Source of the DNA: Candidatus Giovannonibacteria bacterium RIFCSPLOWO2_01_FULL_46_13
Lineage (GTDB): Bacteria > Patescibacteriota > Minisyncoccia > JACPKW01 > UBA11713
Reading direction: 5' to 3'
Assembly: GCA_001778785.1 (NCBI GenBank)
Contig: MFIE01000007.1
Span: 27,066 to 65,992 of the forward strand
Length of the DNA: 38,927 nucleotides
Part shown: positions 9,036-17,677 of the stretch, in pieces
Layout: every line of letters begins with the position of its first letter
Numbering within the stretch: the stretch's first letter is position 1
Made by a program: the position numbers and the translations under genes
Notes under the pieces: model-generated
The model's database searches: none
Seen by the model: the letters and a program-made list of their open reading frames with translations, nothing else
Told to the model about the DNA's origin: nothing

Positions 9036-10070
9036 GTGCCAATAACAAAAACCCAGCAGAAGGTTGATATAAACAGGCGCCGCATCATAAACGGGGAAGA
9101 TGCCGACGTTATTCAGCTTTATCCGATCAAGCATAAATTCGCTTGGGACGCTTATCTGGCCGCAAACGCCAACCACTGGCTGCCGACGGAGGTTAATATG
9201 CAGAAGGATGTGGAGCAATGGAGGTCGCGACACATACTTTCGGACGACGAAAGATTGGCCTTAAAAGTTGTCCTGGGATTTTTCACGACAGCTGATTCGA
9301 TTGCGGCTAATAACGTCTCTATGGCCACCTATAAGCACGTAACCTCGCCAGAGGTAAGAATGTACATCCTGCGCCAGGCGTATGAAGAGGCGATACACAC
9401 CCACGCTTATCAGTACATCGTGGAATCTTTGGGCCTCGACGAAGGGGAGATTTTCAATATGTACCGCGAGCACGATTCCATTTACAACAAAGACTCTTTT
9501 GTACTCTCTTTTAACGAAGGGATTTTTGATCCGAGCTTTAAAACCGGGACTTTTGAAAACGACCAGAAATTTTTGGAAAATCTCGTTGTCTTCTCCCTAA
9601 TAATGGAAGGAATATTTTTCTACTCGTCTTTTGCGGTCATGTTCGGCTTCCAGAGGCAGAATAAACTTGTCGGCTCGGCTGAAGAAATTCAATACATAAT
9701 GCGCGACGAATCCATGCACCTGAATTTTGGGATAGACCTTATAAACACGATTAAAAAAGAACAGCCGGAACTTTGGACGCCAGATTTCCAGCAAAGGGTT
9801 ATAGATTTGGTCAAGAAAGCTGTTGTTTTGGAATATACTTTTGCCCAAAATGTTTTTCCACGAGGGATTTTTGGGATGAACGCTGATGGGTTTAAAAAAT
9901 ATATTGAACACATCGCCGATCGCCGGTTAATCAGGGTGGGGCTTCCTTTACAGTACGAAAGCCCGAATCCGTTCCCATGGATGTCCGAAGCAATAGACCT
10001 CTCAAAAGAAAAAAACTTCTTCGAAACGCGGGTTATCGAGTACAAAACCGGAGGAGCCTTGGAATGGTAG
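9036..10070 (+). CDS. nrdB: class Ia ribonucleotide reductase beta subunit
   Basis: GTG start. Di-iron ligands are EEAIHTHAY (ExxH plus Tyr in the radical position) and MRDESMHLNF (ExxH). It lies directly downstream of nrdA. Confidence 0.93.
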   Translation: MPITKTQQKVDINRRRIINGEDADVIQLYPIKHKFAWDAYLAANANHWLPTEVNMQKDVEQWRSRHILSDDERLALKVVLGFFTTADSIAANNVSMATYKHVTSPEVRMYILRQAYEEAIHTHAYQYIVESLGLDEGEIFNMYREHDSIYNKDSFVLSFNEGIFDPSFKTGTFENDQKFLENLVVFSLIMEGIFFYSSFAVMFGFQRQNKLVGSAEEIQYIMRDESMHLNFGIDLINTIKKEQPELWTPDFQQRVIDLVKKAVVLEYTFAQNVFPRGIFGMNADGFKKYIEHIADRRLIRVGLPLQYESPNPFPWMSEAIDLSKEKNFFETRVIEYKTGGALEW

Positions 10071-10071
10071 A

Positions 10072-10099
10072 TTGACAAAACTCAAATTTTCTGTATAAT
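10072..10099 (+). promoter_or_regulatory. consensus sigma70-type promoter of rnpB
   Basis: TTGACA (10072-10077), 16-nt spacer, TATAAT (10094-10099). This predicts a transcription start near 10105-10107, where helix P1 begins. Confidence 0.6.
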
Positions 10100-10104
10100 G
10101 GTTG

Positions 10105-10446
10105 AAGATACGTTGGATGGTCGCTCCGCCTCATCGGCGGAGAGGAAAGTCCGAACACCTAGAAAAGGATAGTGGGTAACGCCCACCTCCGCCGAAGAGG
10201 CGGACGGGATAGTGCCACAGAGACAATACTAGTCGCGACTTTCGTCGAGACAAAAGGTGAAAAGTGTCCGCTAATAGCGGGCTCGCTCCGGCGGCAACGT
10301 CGGATCGTGGAAAACCCTATCTGGTGCAAGGCCGTGGTCGCCTTAGGCGACAGTGCCGCTTCAGTTTCTATCGCAAGATAGATTCGAGATAAATGACCAT
10401 TATCCGCCGATGAGGTGGAACAGAATTCGGCTTATAGACGTATCGC
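10105..10446 (+). ncRNA. rnpB: RNase P RNA, bacterial type A
   Basis: Universal CR-I GAGGAAAGTCCG (about 10141-10152), AGTGCCACAGAGA, and CR-V ACAGAATTCGGCTTATAG (10420-10437). P1 pairing is gatacgt (10107-10113) with acgtatc (10438-10444). ORFs 10172..10381 and 10353..10619 overlap it and are spurious. Confidence 0.9.
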
Positions 10447-10451
10447 ATATC

Positions 10452-10482
10452 AAAAATCCGCTCTCTAAAGGAGCGGTTTTTG
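10452..10482. terminator. bidirectional intrinsic terminator (rnpB on plus, HTH gene on minus)
   Basis: Stem ccgctc (10458-10463) pairs with gagcgg (10471-10476). An A-run lies upstream and TTTTT (10477-10481) downstream. Confidence 0.6.
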
Positions 10483-10484
10483 AT

Positions 10485-10703
10485 TTACTTTTTAGTTTTG
10501 TTGTATTTTCGCTTGCGAAGTTCGCGGAATTTTTGAAGGACGGATATTTTATAAAGCCGATATTTAGTTTTTGGATGCCGGAGGCATTCCAATTTTTTAG
10601 ATTTTTCCCAAAGCCTTAGGACTTCAGAGCTTACCCCTAAAAAAACTGCGGCCTCACGGATCCTAAGATATTCACTGTACCGCTTTTGTGGCTTGAAACT
10701 CAT
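10485..10703 (-). CDS. small helix-turn-helix DNA-binding protein (MerR/excisionase-type HTH)
   Basis: 72 aa. YLRIREAAVFLGVSSEVLRLWEKSKKL fits the MerR-superfamily/excisionase HTH pattern, followed by a basic tail. Confidence 0.6.
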   Translation of the reverse strand: MSFKPQKRYSEYLRIREAAVFLGVSSEVLRLWEKSKKLECLRHPKTKYRLYKISVLQKFRELRKRKYNKTKK

Positions 10704-10728
10704 GTTGTGGTATAATTACCTAAATTCT

Positions 10729-13050
10729 ATGTCAGATGGATTTAAGGAACAAGTAGCGTATATTTCAGATCTTGGGTCGAGGGCATCGGAATGGCTTTTT
10801 TATGGCCTGATTTTTCTTTTTCCCTTTTTTACCCTGCCTCTCACGATTTTCCCAGTAGCGCTCAATAAAAGTTATCTTCTCTATTTTGCGATTTTAGTAA
10901 TAGGGGTCGTATACCTGATTTCTTCTCTCCAGGCCGGGACTTTCAAGATTCCAAAGGGTCTTGCCGGAGTTTTCCTCCTCGTCTTTTTAGCTTCGATCGC
11001 GATCTCGAGCCTTTTCTCCCAATCTCCGCATGCTTCTTTTTCCGGAATTGGCAGCGAACCAGGCACGCTTTCCGCGATAGGCCTTTTTGTGTTGACGCTC
11101 ATAATGTCCTTTTTAATTTTGGATTCGGAAGAAAAAGTTTTCCGAGGACTTTTCGCCCTTTTCGGGTCATTTTTAGTCTTAGCACTTTTCCAGATATTCC
11201 AGGCTCTCTTAAAAATACCGGTCTTCTCTTCCCTCGGAACAGATCCAACCTTTAATCTCTTTGGCTCTTGGAACGAGCTTGGGATTTTGGCGGGGCTTGT
11301 GATCTTAGTTGCTGCCATTTTCATCGATTCTCTGCCGGGTTCTTTCTTGAAAATAATTTCCTGGGTGGTTTTTATCTTTTCCTTTGTTATCGCGGCTTTA
11401 GTGAATTTTGAACTTGTCTGGTGGGTGCTTGCCGGAGTTTCCATAATTTTTCTTGCCTATAATTATTCCCAGCACCGCGACTCACGTTCACTTTTTAAAA
11501 TCTCTTTCGTAGTTTTGTTGATTTCCCTCGTTTTCATATTTGCCGGGGACTTGATGACTGACCTTATAAACCAATTTGGGATTAATTTTATAGAAATCCG
11601 CCCGAATATGGAGTTTACTTTAAAAACGGCTTCCGGTGCGCTCAACGAGAATCCAGCTTTTGGTTACGGGCCAAATACTTTCCTTTACGCTTGGTTTGAT
11701 TATCGCCCGTCAGAAATACTTGCGACTCCGTTTTGGGAAACGAGGTTTAATTCCGGTTTTGGATTTATCCCGACTTTGCTCGTTACGATCGGCATGGTCG
11801 GGGTCATAGCACTCCTCGGATTCCTGGCATTTTTCCTCTACTACGGTTTCAAGGCTCTCGTAAAATCTTATTCGGCTTCATCTTTTCTGATTTGGGCGAC
11901 GTTTGCCGGAGCATTTTACTTGTGGGTCTTCGCCTTTATTTATTCCGGCGGCTTCGCTCTCCTTTTTACGCTTTTCCTTTTCTCCGGAATGTTTTTGGGC
12001 CTCGCGATGAAGAAAGGCATTATCGACTATTACGAAATTTCTCTTTTTGAACATTCGGTCGTGGGATTCATGAGCGCCCTTTTGATAATTTTGTTCATTG
12101 TGCTTGGTGTCTCCTGGTTCTCCGTCATCGCCCAGAAATATTACGCTTCGATTTTGTACGGACAGGGGGTCGAGGCTTTTGTCGCTGGAGATTTGGATAA
12201 GTCTGAAGATTTTCTGGCGCGGGCGGTGCGGTTTGACCAGCGCGATTTATATTACAGGAGCCTTTCCGATCTTGGCATTGCAAGAATGCAACAGATAATT
12301 AACTCAAGCGCGAGCATGTCTCCGGAAGAAATTCAAGCGCGATTCGAAGCGACCCTAGGCCAAACTATTGAATACGCCCAGAGTGCTAGCTCTTTAAATC
12401 CAGTTGATGCGGCTAACTGGATGAGTTTGGGAAGGGTTTACGAAGCGGTTATGCCTTTAGGAATCCAGGGTGTCCCGGAACTTGCTCACGGTGCTTACGC
12501 AAGGGCAGCGGAAGAATTTTCCTCAAGCCCTGAGCCGCTTTTAGCCTCCGCGCGCGTGGAGCTTGCGCGAAACGACCTTCCGAAGGCCAGAGAATTTTTG
12601 ATGAAAGCGATAAGCCTGAAAAAAGATTTTGCCCAAGCCCATTTCTTGTTGGCCCAGCTTGAAGCCGCAACCGGAAACAAAGATCTCGCGATTAAAAGTT
12701 CCGAGACGACAGCCCTCTTGGCGCCGAACGATGTCGGAGTATTGTTTCAGCTTGGGCTTCTTTACTATCAGGACGAGCGCATCGATAATGCCCGATCAGT
12801 TTTCGAACAAGCTACTAGAGTCAATACGAATTATTCAAACGCGCGATATTTCCTCGGTTTGATTTATTCAAGGCAGGGTGATAATGAAAAATCTTTGGCA
12901 GAATTCAGGAAAATTGAAGAATTGAATCCCGATAATGCTGAGGTCAAAAAAATAATTGAGAACCTTACCTCGGGAAGGGAACCTTTGTTCGGAATTTCTC
13001 CTCCTAATGATCCACCGGAGAAACGCGGCAACGTACCGATAAGGGAATAA
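10729..13050 (+). CDS. polytopic O-antigen-ligase-like (Wzy_C) membrane protein with C-terminal TPR repeats
   Basis: About 470 aa of repeated hydrophobic helices are followed by about 280 aa of TPR-like repeats (YYRSLSDLG.., AHFLLAQLEAATGNKDLAIKS, ARYFLGLIYSRQGDNEKSLAEFRKIEELNPDN). The ATG at 10729 is preferred over the track's TTG at 10693. The family call rests on architecture only. Confidence 0.6.
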   Translation: MSDGFKEQVAYISDLGSRASEWLFYGLIFLFPFFTLPLTIFPVALNKSYLLYFAILVIGVVYLISSLQAGTFKIPKGLAGVFLLVFLASIAISSLFSQSPHASFSGIGSEPGTLSAIGLFVLTLIMSFLILDSEEKVFRGLFALFGSFLVLALFQIFQALLKIPVFSSLGTDPTFNLFGSWNELGILAGLVILVAAIFIDSLPGSFLKIISWVVFIFSFVIAALVNFELVWWVLAGVSIIFLAYNYSQHRDSRSLFKISFVVLLISLVFIFAGDLMTDLINQFGINFIEIRPNMEFTLKTASGALNENPAFGYGPNTFLYAWFDYRPSEILATPFWETRFNSGFGFIPTLLVTIGMVGVIALLGFLAFFLYYGFKALVKSYSASSFLIWATFAGAFYLWVFAFIYSGGFALLFTLFLFSGMFLGLAMKKGIIDYYEISLFEHSVVGFMSALLIILFIVLGVSWFSVIAQKYYASILYGQGVEAFVAGDLDKSEDFLARAVRFDQRDLYYRSLSDLGIARMQQIINSSASMSPEEIQARFEATLGQTIEYAQSASSLNPVDAANWMSLGRVYEAVMPLGIQGVPELAHGAYARAAEEFSSSPEPLLASARVELARNDLPKAREFLMKAISLKKDFAQAHFLLAQLEAATGNKDLAIKSSETTALLAPNDVGVLFQLGLLYYQDERIDNARSVFEQATRVNTNYSNARYFLGLIYSRQGDNEKSLAEFRKIEELNPDNAEVKKIIENLTSGREPLFGISPPNDPPEKRGNVPIRE

Positions 13051-13051
13051 A

Positions 13052-14740
13052 ATGGTTTTAAATTTCTTTTCCTTTTTCGGAAGTGAACTTAAAAGTGTCA
13101 CTCAGTCGGCGGCTGTTTTGGCGCTGGCCGGAATTTTAGCGGATGTTCTTTCTCTTTTTCGCGACCGCTTGCTTGCCTCTGAATTCGGGGCTTCGCGCGC
13201 GCTAGACATTTACTATGCCTCTTTCCGCATTCCGGATTTCATTTATACCTTCTCTCTTTTTTTCGCGGCTTCGACCGCACTCATCCCGATAATCCTCGAT
13301 AAGTTTTCCGGAGACAAAAAGAACGCTGAAGAATTTTTTGGAAATATTTTCTCGCTTTTCGGTCTAGCCACAATCTTTCTGGTCGTGGTCGGTTTTTTCT
13401 TGATACCTTCGCTCATCCCATATTTTACTCCGGGATTTTCCTTGGAGGAGCAGAGGGAAGCGATAAACCTTTCACGAATTTTATTGCTCTCGCCGCTCTT
13501 TCTCGGCCTTTCGAACTTAGTTTCCTCCGTAATACAATCTTTCCGCCGCTTTTACGTTTACGCCGCTTCTCCTCTTTTTTACAACCTCGGCATAATCATC
13601 GGAATTTTATTTTTCATGCCGCGCTGGGGCCTCGCCGGGATTGTCTGGGGTGTCGTCCTGGGAGCGTTTTTGCATTTCGCCGTGCAGCTGCCGACTGTTT
13701 TTTCTTTGGGCTTTTCCTTGCGCCCGCGCCTTCCAAAAATTTCTTCCGATGTTTTGCGCTCGCTTAAACTTTCCCTGCCGCGTACACTTGGGCTTTCTTT
13801 AAACCAATTGGTTTTAAGTGTTATCACCGCTATGGCTTCGACTCTAGGCGCGGGAGCGGTCGCAGTTTTTAATTTTGCTACAAATTTGCAGTCGGTCCCA
13901 CTTTCCGTAATTGGCCTTTCGTATTCCGTATCAGCTTTTCCGACGCTTGCCGCCTCGTACGCCAGAAACGGGACGAAAGATTTTTTGGACCATTTCTCAC
14001 TCGCCCTGCGCCATATTTTTTTCTGGTCACTTCCGGCGACTATTCTTTTTATAGTCTTACGCGCGCAGATCGTGCGCGTGATTCTAGGTGCTGGCGCTTT
14101 CTCTTGGGTTGATACAAGGCTTACCGCGGCCGCTCTTTTCCTTCTCTCGCTTTCCATCCTCTCGCAAGGGCTTTTAATGCTTTATGTCCGCGCTTTCTAC
14201 GCGGCCGGACACACTTACCTTCCTTTAAGAATAAATCTCGTCTCTTCCGCCATGACTTTATTTTTTGCCAAATGGTTTCTAGATCTTTTCAGGAATTCTT
14301 TTGAATTTCGCGAATGGTTTTTGTCTATCTTGAGAGTAAGCGACATCGGCGCTTCTGGAATTTTGATACTTCCGCTTGCAATTTCTCTCGGGAGCATAAT
14401 TAATCTCCTACTTTTGATAATATTTTTTAAGAAAAGTTTTAAGATGAAAGAAATTTCGCCGGGCATCAGCCGCTCGTTGAGGGATTCGGTGCTTGCTTCT
14501 ATCTTTTTGGGCGGAGTAACTTACGCGAGCCTTAGATTTTTTGCGGGAATTTTCAACCTTGATACTTTCATTGGGATTTTTCTTCAGGGATTTCTCTCGG
14601 CCATCCTTGGAATTTCTGCCGGAGCGTTGATCCTTCTTTATTTGAAGAACCAGGAATTTCACGAATTCTATGAAGCCTTCAAGGATCGAGTTTGGCGAAA
14701 GACGGTGGTTGTCACCTCCGAACCTGAAAAATTGCCCTAA
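13052..14740 (+). CDS. murJ: lipid II flippase MurJ (MviN)
   Basis: 562 aa and about 14 TM helices. The N-terminus LSLFRDRLLASEFGASRALDIYYASFRIPDFIY is typical of MurJ. Confidence 0.85.
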   Translation: MVLNFFSFFGSELKSVTQSAAVLALAGILADVLSLFRDRLLASEFGASRALDIYYASFRIPDFIYTFSLFFAASTALIPIILDKFSGDKKNAEEFFGNIFSLFGLATIFLVVVGFFLIPSLIPYFTPGFSLEEQREAINLSRILLLSPLFLGLSNLVSSVIQSFRRFYVYAASPLFYNLGIIIGILFFMPRWGLAGIVWGVVLGAFLHFAVQLPTVFSLGFSLRPRLPKISSDVLRSLKLSLPRTLGLSLNQLVLSVITAMASTLGAGAVAVFNFATNLQSVPLSVIGLSYSVSAFPTLAASYARNGTKDFLDHFSLALRHIFFWSLPATILFIVLRAQIVRVILGAGAFSWVDTRLTAAALFLLSLSILSQGLLMLYVRAFYAAGHTYLPLRINLVSSAMTLFFAKWFLDLFRNSFEFREWFLSILRVSDIGASGILILPLAISLGSIINLLLLIIFFKKSFKMKEISPGISRSLRDSVLASIFLGGVTYASLRFFAGIFNLDTFIGIFLQGFLSAILGISAGALILLYLKNQEFHEFYEAFKDRVWRKTVVVTSEPEKLP

Positions 14741-14763
14741 TCGCTCGCTTTTAGGCTTTTTTT
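14734..14763 (+). terminator. candidate intrinsic terminator after murJ
   Basis: gccctaa (14734-14740) pairs with ttaggc (14751-14756) with one bulge, followed by a T7 run at 14757-14763. Confidence 0.45.
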
Positions 14764-14779
14764 ATTTTAAACTCATCTC

Positions 14780-16543
14780 ATGTCAAACATTCGGAATTTT
14801 AGTATTATTGCCCACATCGATCACGGGAAGTCTACGCTTGCCGACCGCATGCTTGAGATGACCAAGACCGTGGAAGAGCGGAAGATGAAAGAACAATATT
14901 TGGACCAAATGCCGCTTGAAAGGGAGCGCGGGATTACGATTAAAATGCAGCCCGTCCGGATGGAATACGCCGTAGGCAATGAGCCTTATATTTTGAATCT
15001 GATCGACACTCCCGGGCATATAGATTTTTCATACGAAGTATCGCGCGCGCTGGCCGCCGTGGAAGGCGCGGTTTTGCTTGTGGACGCGACCCAGGGGGTA
15101 CAGGCGCAGACACTTTCTAATGTCGAGCTCGCGCGTTCTTTGGATCTCGTGATTATCCCCGTGATAAATAAAATAGATTTGCCGGGAGCGCGAGTGGAGG
15201 AAGCGGAGACGGAGATAAGAAATTTATTGGGCGATAGGGAAATTTTGAAAATCTCGGCGCGCACCGGAGAGGGAGTTAAAGATTTATTGGAAGCAATAAT
15301 TAAAAAAGTCCCTGCGCCTAAAGAAAGCGACGGCAAGGCGCGGGCTTTGATTTTTGATTTTGAATATTCGCTTCACCGCGGGGTTGTTTCCCACGTCCGA
15401 GTTTTCAACGGACAAATTAAAAAAGGCGACCGCTTGCGTTTCTTTGCCTCCCAAGAAGATTTCGTCGTGGGCGAAGTTGGGTTTTTTAAACCGGAGTTAG
15501 AACTTTCCGAAAAAATTTTTGCGGGCGAGATTGGTTACATCGTAACGAATATAAAAGAAGCACGAATCGTGCGGGTCGGGGATACTATCTTGGCGCCCTC
15601 GGAAAAACCATTGCCCGGATACCGGGAAGTGAAGCCTGTTGTTTTCTCCTCGCTTTTTCCAGAGGACCAGGATAATTTCGACGAATTGCGCCGTTCGCTC
15701 GAACGCCTAAAATTATCGGATGCCTCGCTTTCTTTCGAAGAGGAATCTTCTGGTGTCTTGGGGCGCGGTTTTCGCTGCGGATTTTTGGGGATGCTGCACT
15801 TGGAAATTGTAGTCGAGCGGCTCAAGCGCGATTTTGACGTCGAGACGATTGTGGCGACGCCGACCGTGAGATATTCCGTAAAAACTAAAAAAGGCACTTT
15901 GGAAATTTATTCCCCGCACAAATTTCCGGAGGAAGGCGATATCCTTGAAATTTCCGAGCCCTGGCTCAAGGTGGAAATTTTAATGCCGCCCGAAAAATTA
16001 TCTTCAGTCTTGAAACTTTTGCAGGAGCACGAAGTTTTGATAGGCGAGACGCATAAATTTTCGGAGTCGCGGCTTAAGCTCGAAGCACAAATGCCACTTC
16101 GCGAGTTGATGCGCGATTTTTTTGATGAATTAAAAAGCGCTTCAGCAGGATACGCTTCGCTTAACTATGAATTTTTAGAATCAAGAAAAGGGGACCTGGT
16201 TCGTTTAGATATAATGGTCGCCGAAGAAATTGTCCCGGCTTTTTCCAGGATCGTGCCGAAGTGGCGCATGGAGGAAGAAGCGGAGCGGGCGGTTGAGAAA
16301 TTATACAAAATACTTCCTTCAGCTTTGTTTACCTTAAAAATACAGGCCCGGGCTTGCGGAAAGATTTTGGCTTCGCGCTCGCTTAAGGCCATGCGCAAGG
16401 ATGTTACGGGGTACCTTTATGGCGGAGACCGCTCGCGCAAAATGAAACTCTGGAAAAAGCAAAAAGAAGGGAAAAAGCGCTTGGCCGAAGACGCCCGCTA
16501 TTCCATCCCTCCGGATGCGTTCATAAAAATGCTTAAAAAGTAG
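14780..16543 (+). CDS. lepA: translation elongation factor 4
   Basis: IRNFSIIAHIDHGKSTLADRMLE, DTPGHIDF, NKIDLP, and the LepA C-terminal domain (..DVTGYLYGGDRSRKMKLW). Confidence 0.97.
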   Translation: MSNIRNFSIIAHIDHGKSTLADRMLEMTKTVEERKMKEQYLDQMPLERERGITIKMQPVRMEYAVGNEPYILNLIDTPGHIDFSYEVSRALAAVEGAVLLVDATQGVQAQTLSNVELARSLDLVIIPVINKIDLPGARVEEAETEIRNLLGDREILKISARTGEGVKDLLEAIIKKVPAPKESDGKARALIFDFEYSLHRGVVSHVRVFNGQIKKGDRLRFFASQEDFVVGEVGFFKPELELSEKIFAGEIGYIVTNIKEARIVRVGDTILAPSEKPLPGYREVKPVVFSSLFPEDQDNFDELRRSLERLKLSDASLSFEEESSGVLGRGFRCGFLGMLHLEIVVERLKRDFDVETIVATPTVRYSVKTKKGTLEIYSPHKFPEEGDILEISEPWLKVEILMPPEKLSSVLKLLQEHEVLIGETHKFSESRLKLEAQMPLRELMRDFFDELKSASAGYASLNYEFLESRKGDLVRLDIMVAEEIVPAFSRIVPKWRMEEEAERAVEKLYKILPSALFTLKIQARACGKILASRSLKAMRKDVTGYLYGGDRSRKMKLWKKQKEGKKRLAEDARYSIPPDAFIKMLKK

Positions 16544-16549
16544 GGTTTT

Positions 16550-16654
16550 TTAGAAGAGGGGTAGTGCCAACGTTACAATCATCGAGAAAATTACTAGAAT
16601 GGATATAGTGATCCAGATGATTTGGTTCCTTTTCTTCTGGCGCTGAGTAACCAT
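16550..16654 (-). CDS. candidate 34-aa single-pass membrane protein (below the ORF-track cutoff)
   Basis: My translation reads MVTQRQKKRNQIIWITISILVIFSMIVTLALPLF*: a basic N-terminus plus one TM helix. It is preceded by TAAAAT (rc of 16660-16665) 5 nt before the ATG, the same leaderless layout seen at many genes here. Confidence 0.35.
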   Translation of the reverse strand: MVTQRQKKRNQIIWITISILVIFSMIVTLALPLF

Positions 16655-16674
16655 ACATAATTTTAGATTAAAAA

Positions 16675-17052
16675 ATGCAGGTTTATCAAGAACGGAGAAA
16701 AATACATAGGTTTTTGCGCTCGCGTCCGGTTTTGATTTTCCTCGGGCTGGTGGCGCTCATCCTGCTCATATCCTCTTTGCGCATGGTCTGGCGCGCCTAC
16801 CAAGCCTCGAATGCGCGGGAAAAGGCCCAGGTCGAATACGAAAGGCTTTTAGCCCAGAAAACCAGGATCGATGAAACGTTGGGCGACCTGGAAAATTCCG
16901 ATGTTTTGGAAAAAGAGGCCAAGCGCAGGTTCAACATAACTTCTCCCGGGGAAAGAGTTTTGATAATCGTCGACCGGGAAGAAGAGGAGGGCTTAATGGC
17001 CAAGCCGCCGCACTTAAAGCTTTGGAATTTTGTAAAGAATTTTTTTGAATGA
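16675..17052 (+). CDS. septum formation initiator (FtsB/DivIC-like)
   Basis: 125 aa: N-terminal TM, a coiled coil (AREKAQVEYERLLAQKTRIDETLGDLEN), then LEKEAKRRFNITSPGERVLII, which is typical of FtsB/DivIC. Confidence 0.65.
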   Translation: MQVYQERRKIHRFLRSRPVLIFLGLVALILLISSLRMVWRAYQASNAREKAQVEYERLLAQKTRIDETLGDLENSDVLEKEAKRRFNITSPGERVLIIVDREEEEGLMAKPPHLKLWNFVKNFFE

Positions 17053-17585
17053 AAAAGAGATTAGTTATTTTAATTTTTTCTTTGATAATCCTGACCGCGC
17101 TTTTTTTCAGGGTGCGTTCGTCTTTGCCGACGGTCCGGGTGGAGGGAGAGAGCTTGCGGTGGGAAGATTTTTCGGCGCACCGCTCGGGGCTCCTGCGTTT
17201 TCGGGATTTAAATAAAGAAAATGTTTCGGACAAGGAAGTCGAAGAGGGAGTCATCGTCGCTTTCATCCAGGATGTTTTGGTAAAAAAAGAATTGGAAAGA
17301 AGAGGCCGGGGCGAAGAGGATGCGCGCCAGATCGTGATGGATGAACTCGGGGAAGAAAAATTAAAAGAGGTGGAAGACGCCACGGGCCAGCTTTACGGAT
17401 GGACCCTCGAAGATTTTGAAAAATATATTCTCCTGCCGCAGGCGCGCCGGATGCTTTTAGCCCAAGAATTTGCCGGAGAGGAGAATCCGGACGAATGGCT
17501 TGAAAAATCCTTCAATGAGGCTAAAATCTCGGTATATCTACTTAGGTGGAAGTGGAATGACGGGGAGCTTAAAGAAAGATTCTAA
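17049..17585 (+). CDS. hypothetical N-terminally anchored protein (possibly SurA-N-like chaperone domain)
   Basis: 178 aa with a signal anchor MKKRLVILIFSLIILTALFF. An ATGA overlap with the upstream gene implies coupling. No firm motif. Confidence 0.55.
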   Translation: MKKRLVILIFSLIILTALFFRVRSSLPTVRVEGESLRWEDFSAHRSGLLRFRDLNKENVSDKEVEEGVIVAFIQDVLVKKELERRGRGEEDARQIVMDELGEEKLKEVEDATGQLYGWTLEDFEKYILLPQARRMLLAQEFAGEENPDEWLEKSFNEAKISVYLLRWKWNDGELKERF

Positions 17586-17656
17586 GCGAGTGTAGTATAG
17601 TGGTAATATATTTGCTTCCCAAGCAAGGGACGCGGGTTCGATTCCCGCCACTCGCA
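17586..17656 (+). tRNA. tRNA-Gly (anticodon CCC)
   Basis: Acceptor gcgagtg/cactcgc, T-arm gcggg-ttcgatt-cccgc, anticodon loop tt-CCC-aa. No encoded CCA. Confidence 0.9.
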
Positions 17657-17677
17657 CACAGTGCTATCATTTAAACT

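Noticed and set aside
8893-9065. 14/15-nt repeat acccagcagaa(a/g)gtt in the nrdA tail (8893-8907) and the nrdB 5' end (9051-9065), encoding TQQKV in both
   Set aside because: My rough estimate is that tens of 15-mers with one mismatch or fewer are expected by chance among all position pairs in 39 kb. There is no supporting structure or extended similarity.
10172-10619. Track ORFs 10172..10381 (69 aa) and 10353..10619 (88 aa)
   Set aside because: They lie inside or across the RNase P RNA gene and its terminator. The region carries the universal CR-I and CR-V motifs and has its own consensus promoter, so these ORFs are non-coding artefacts.
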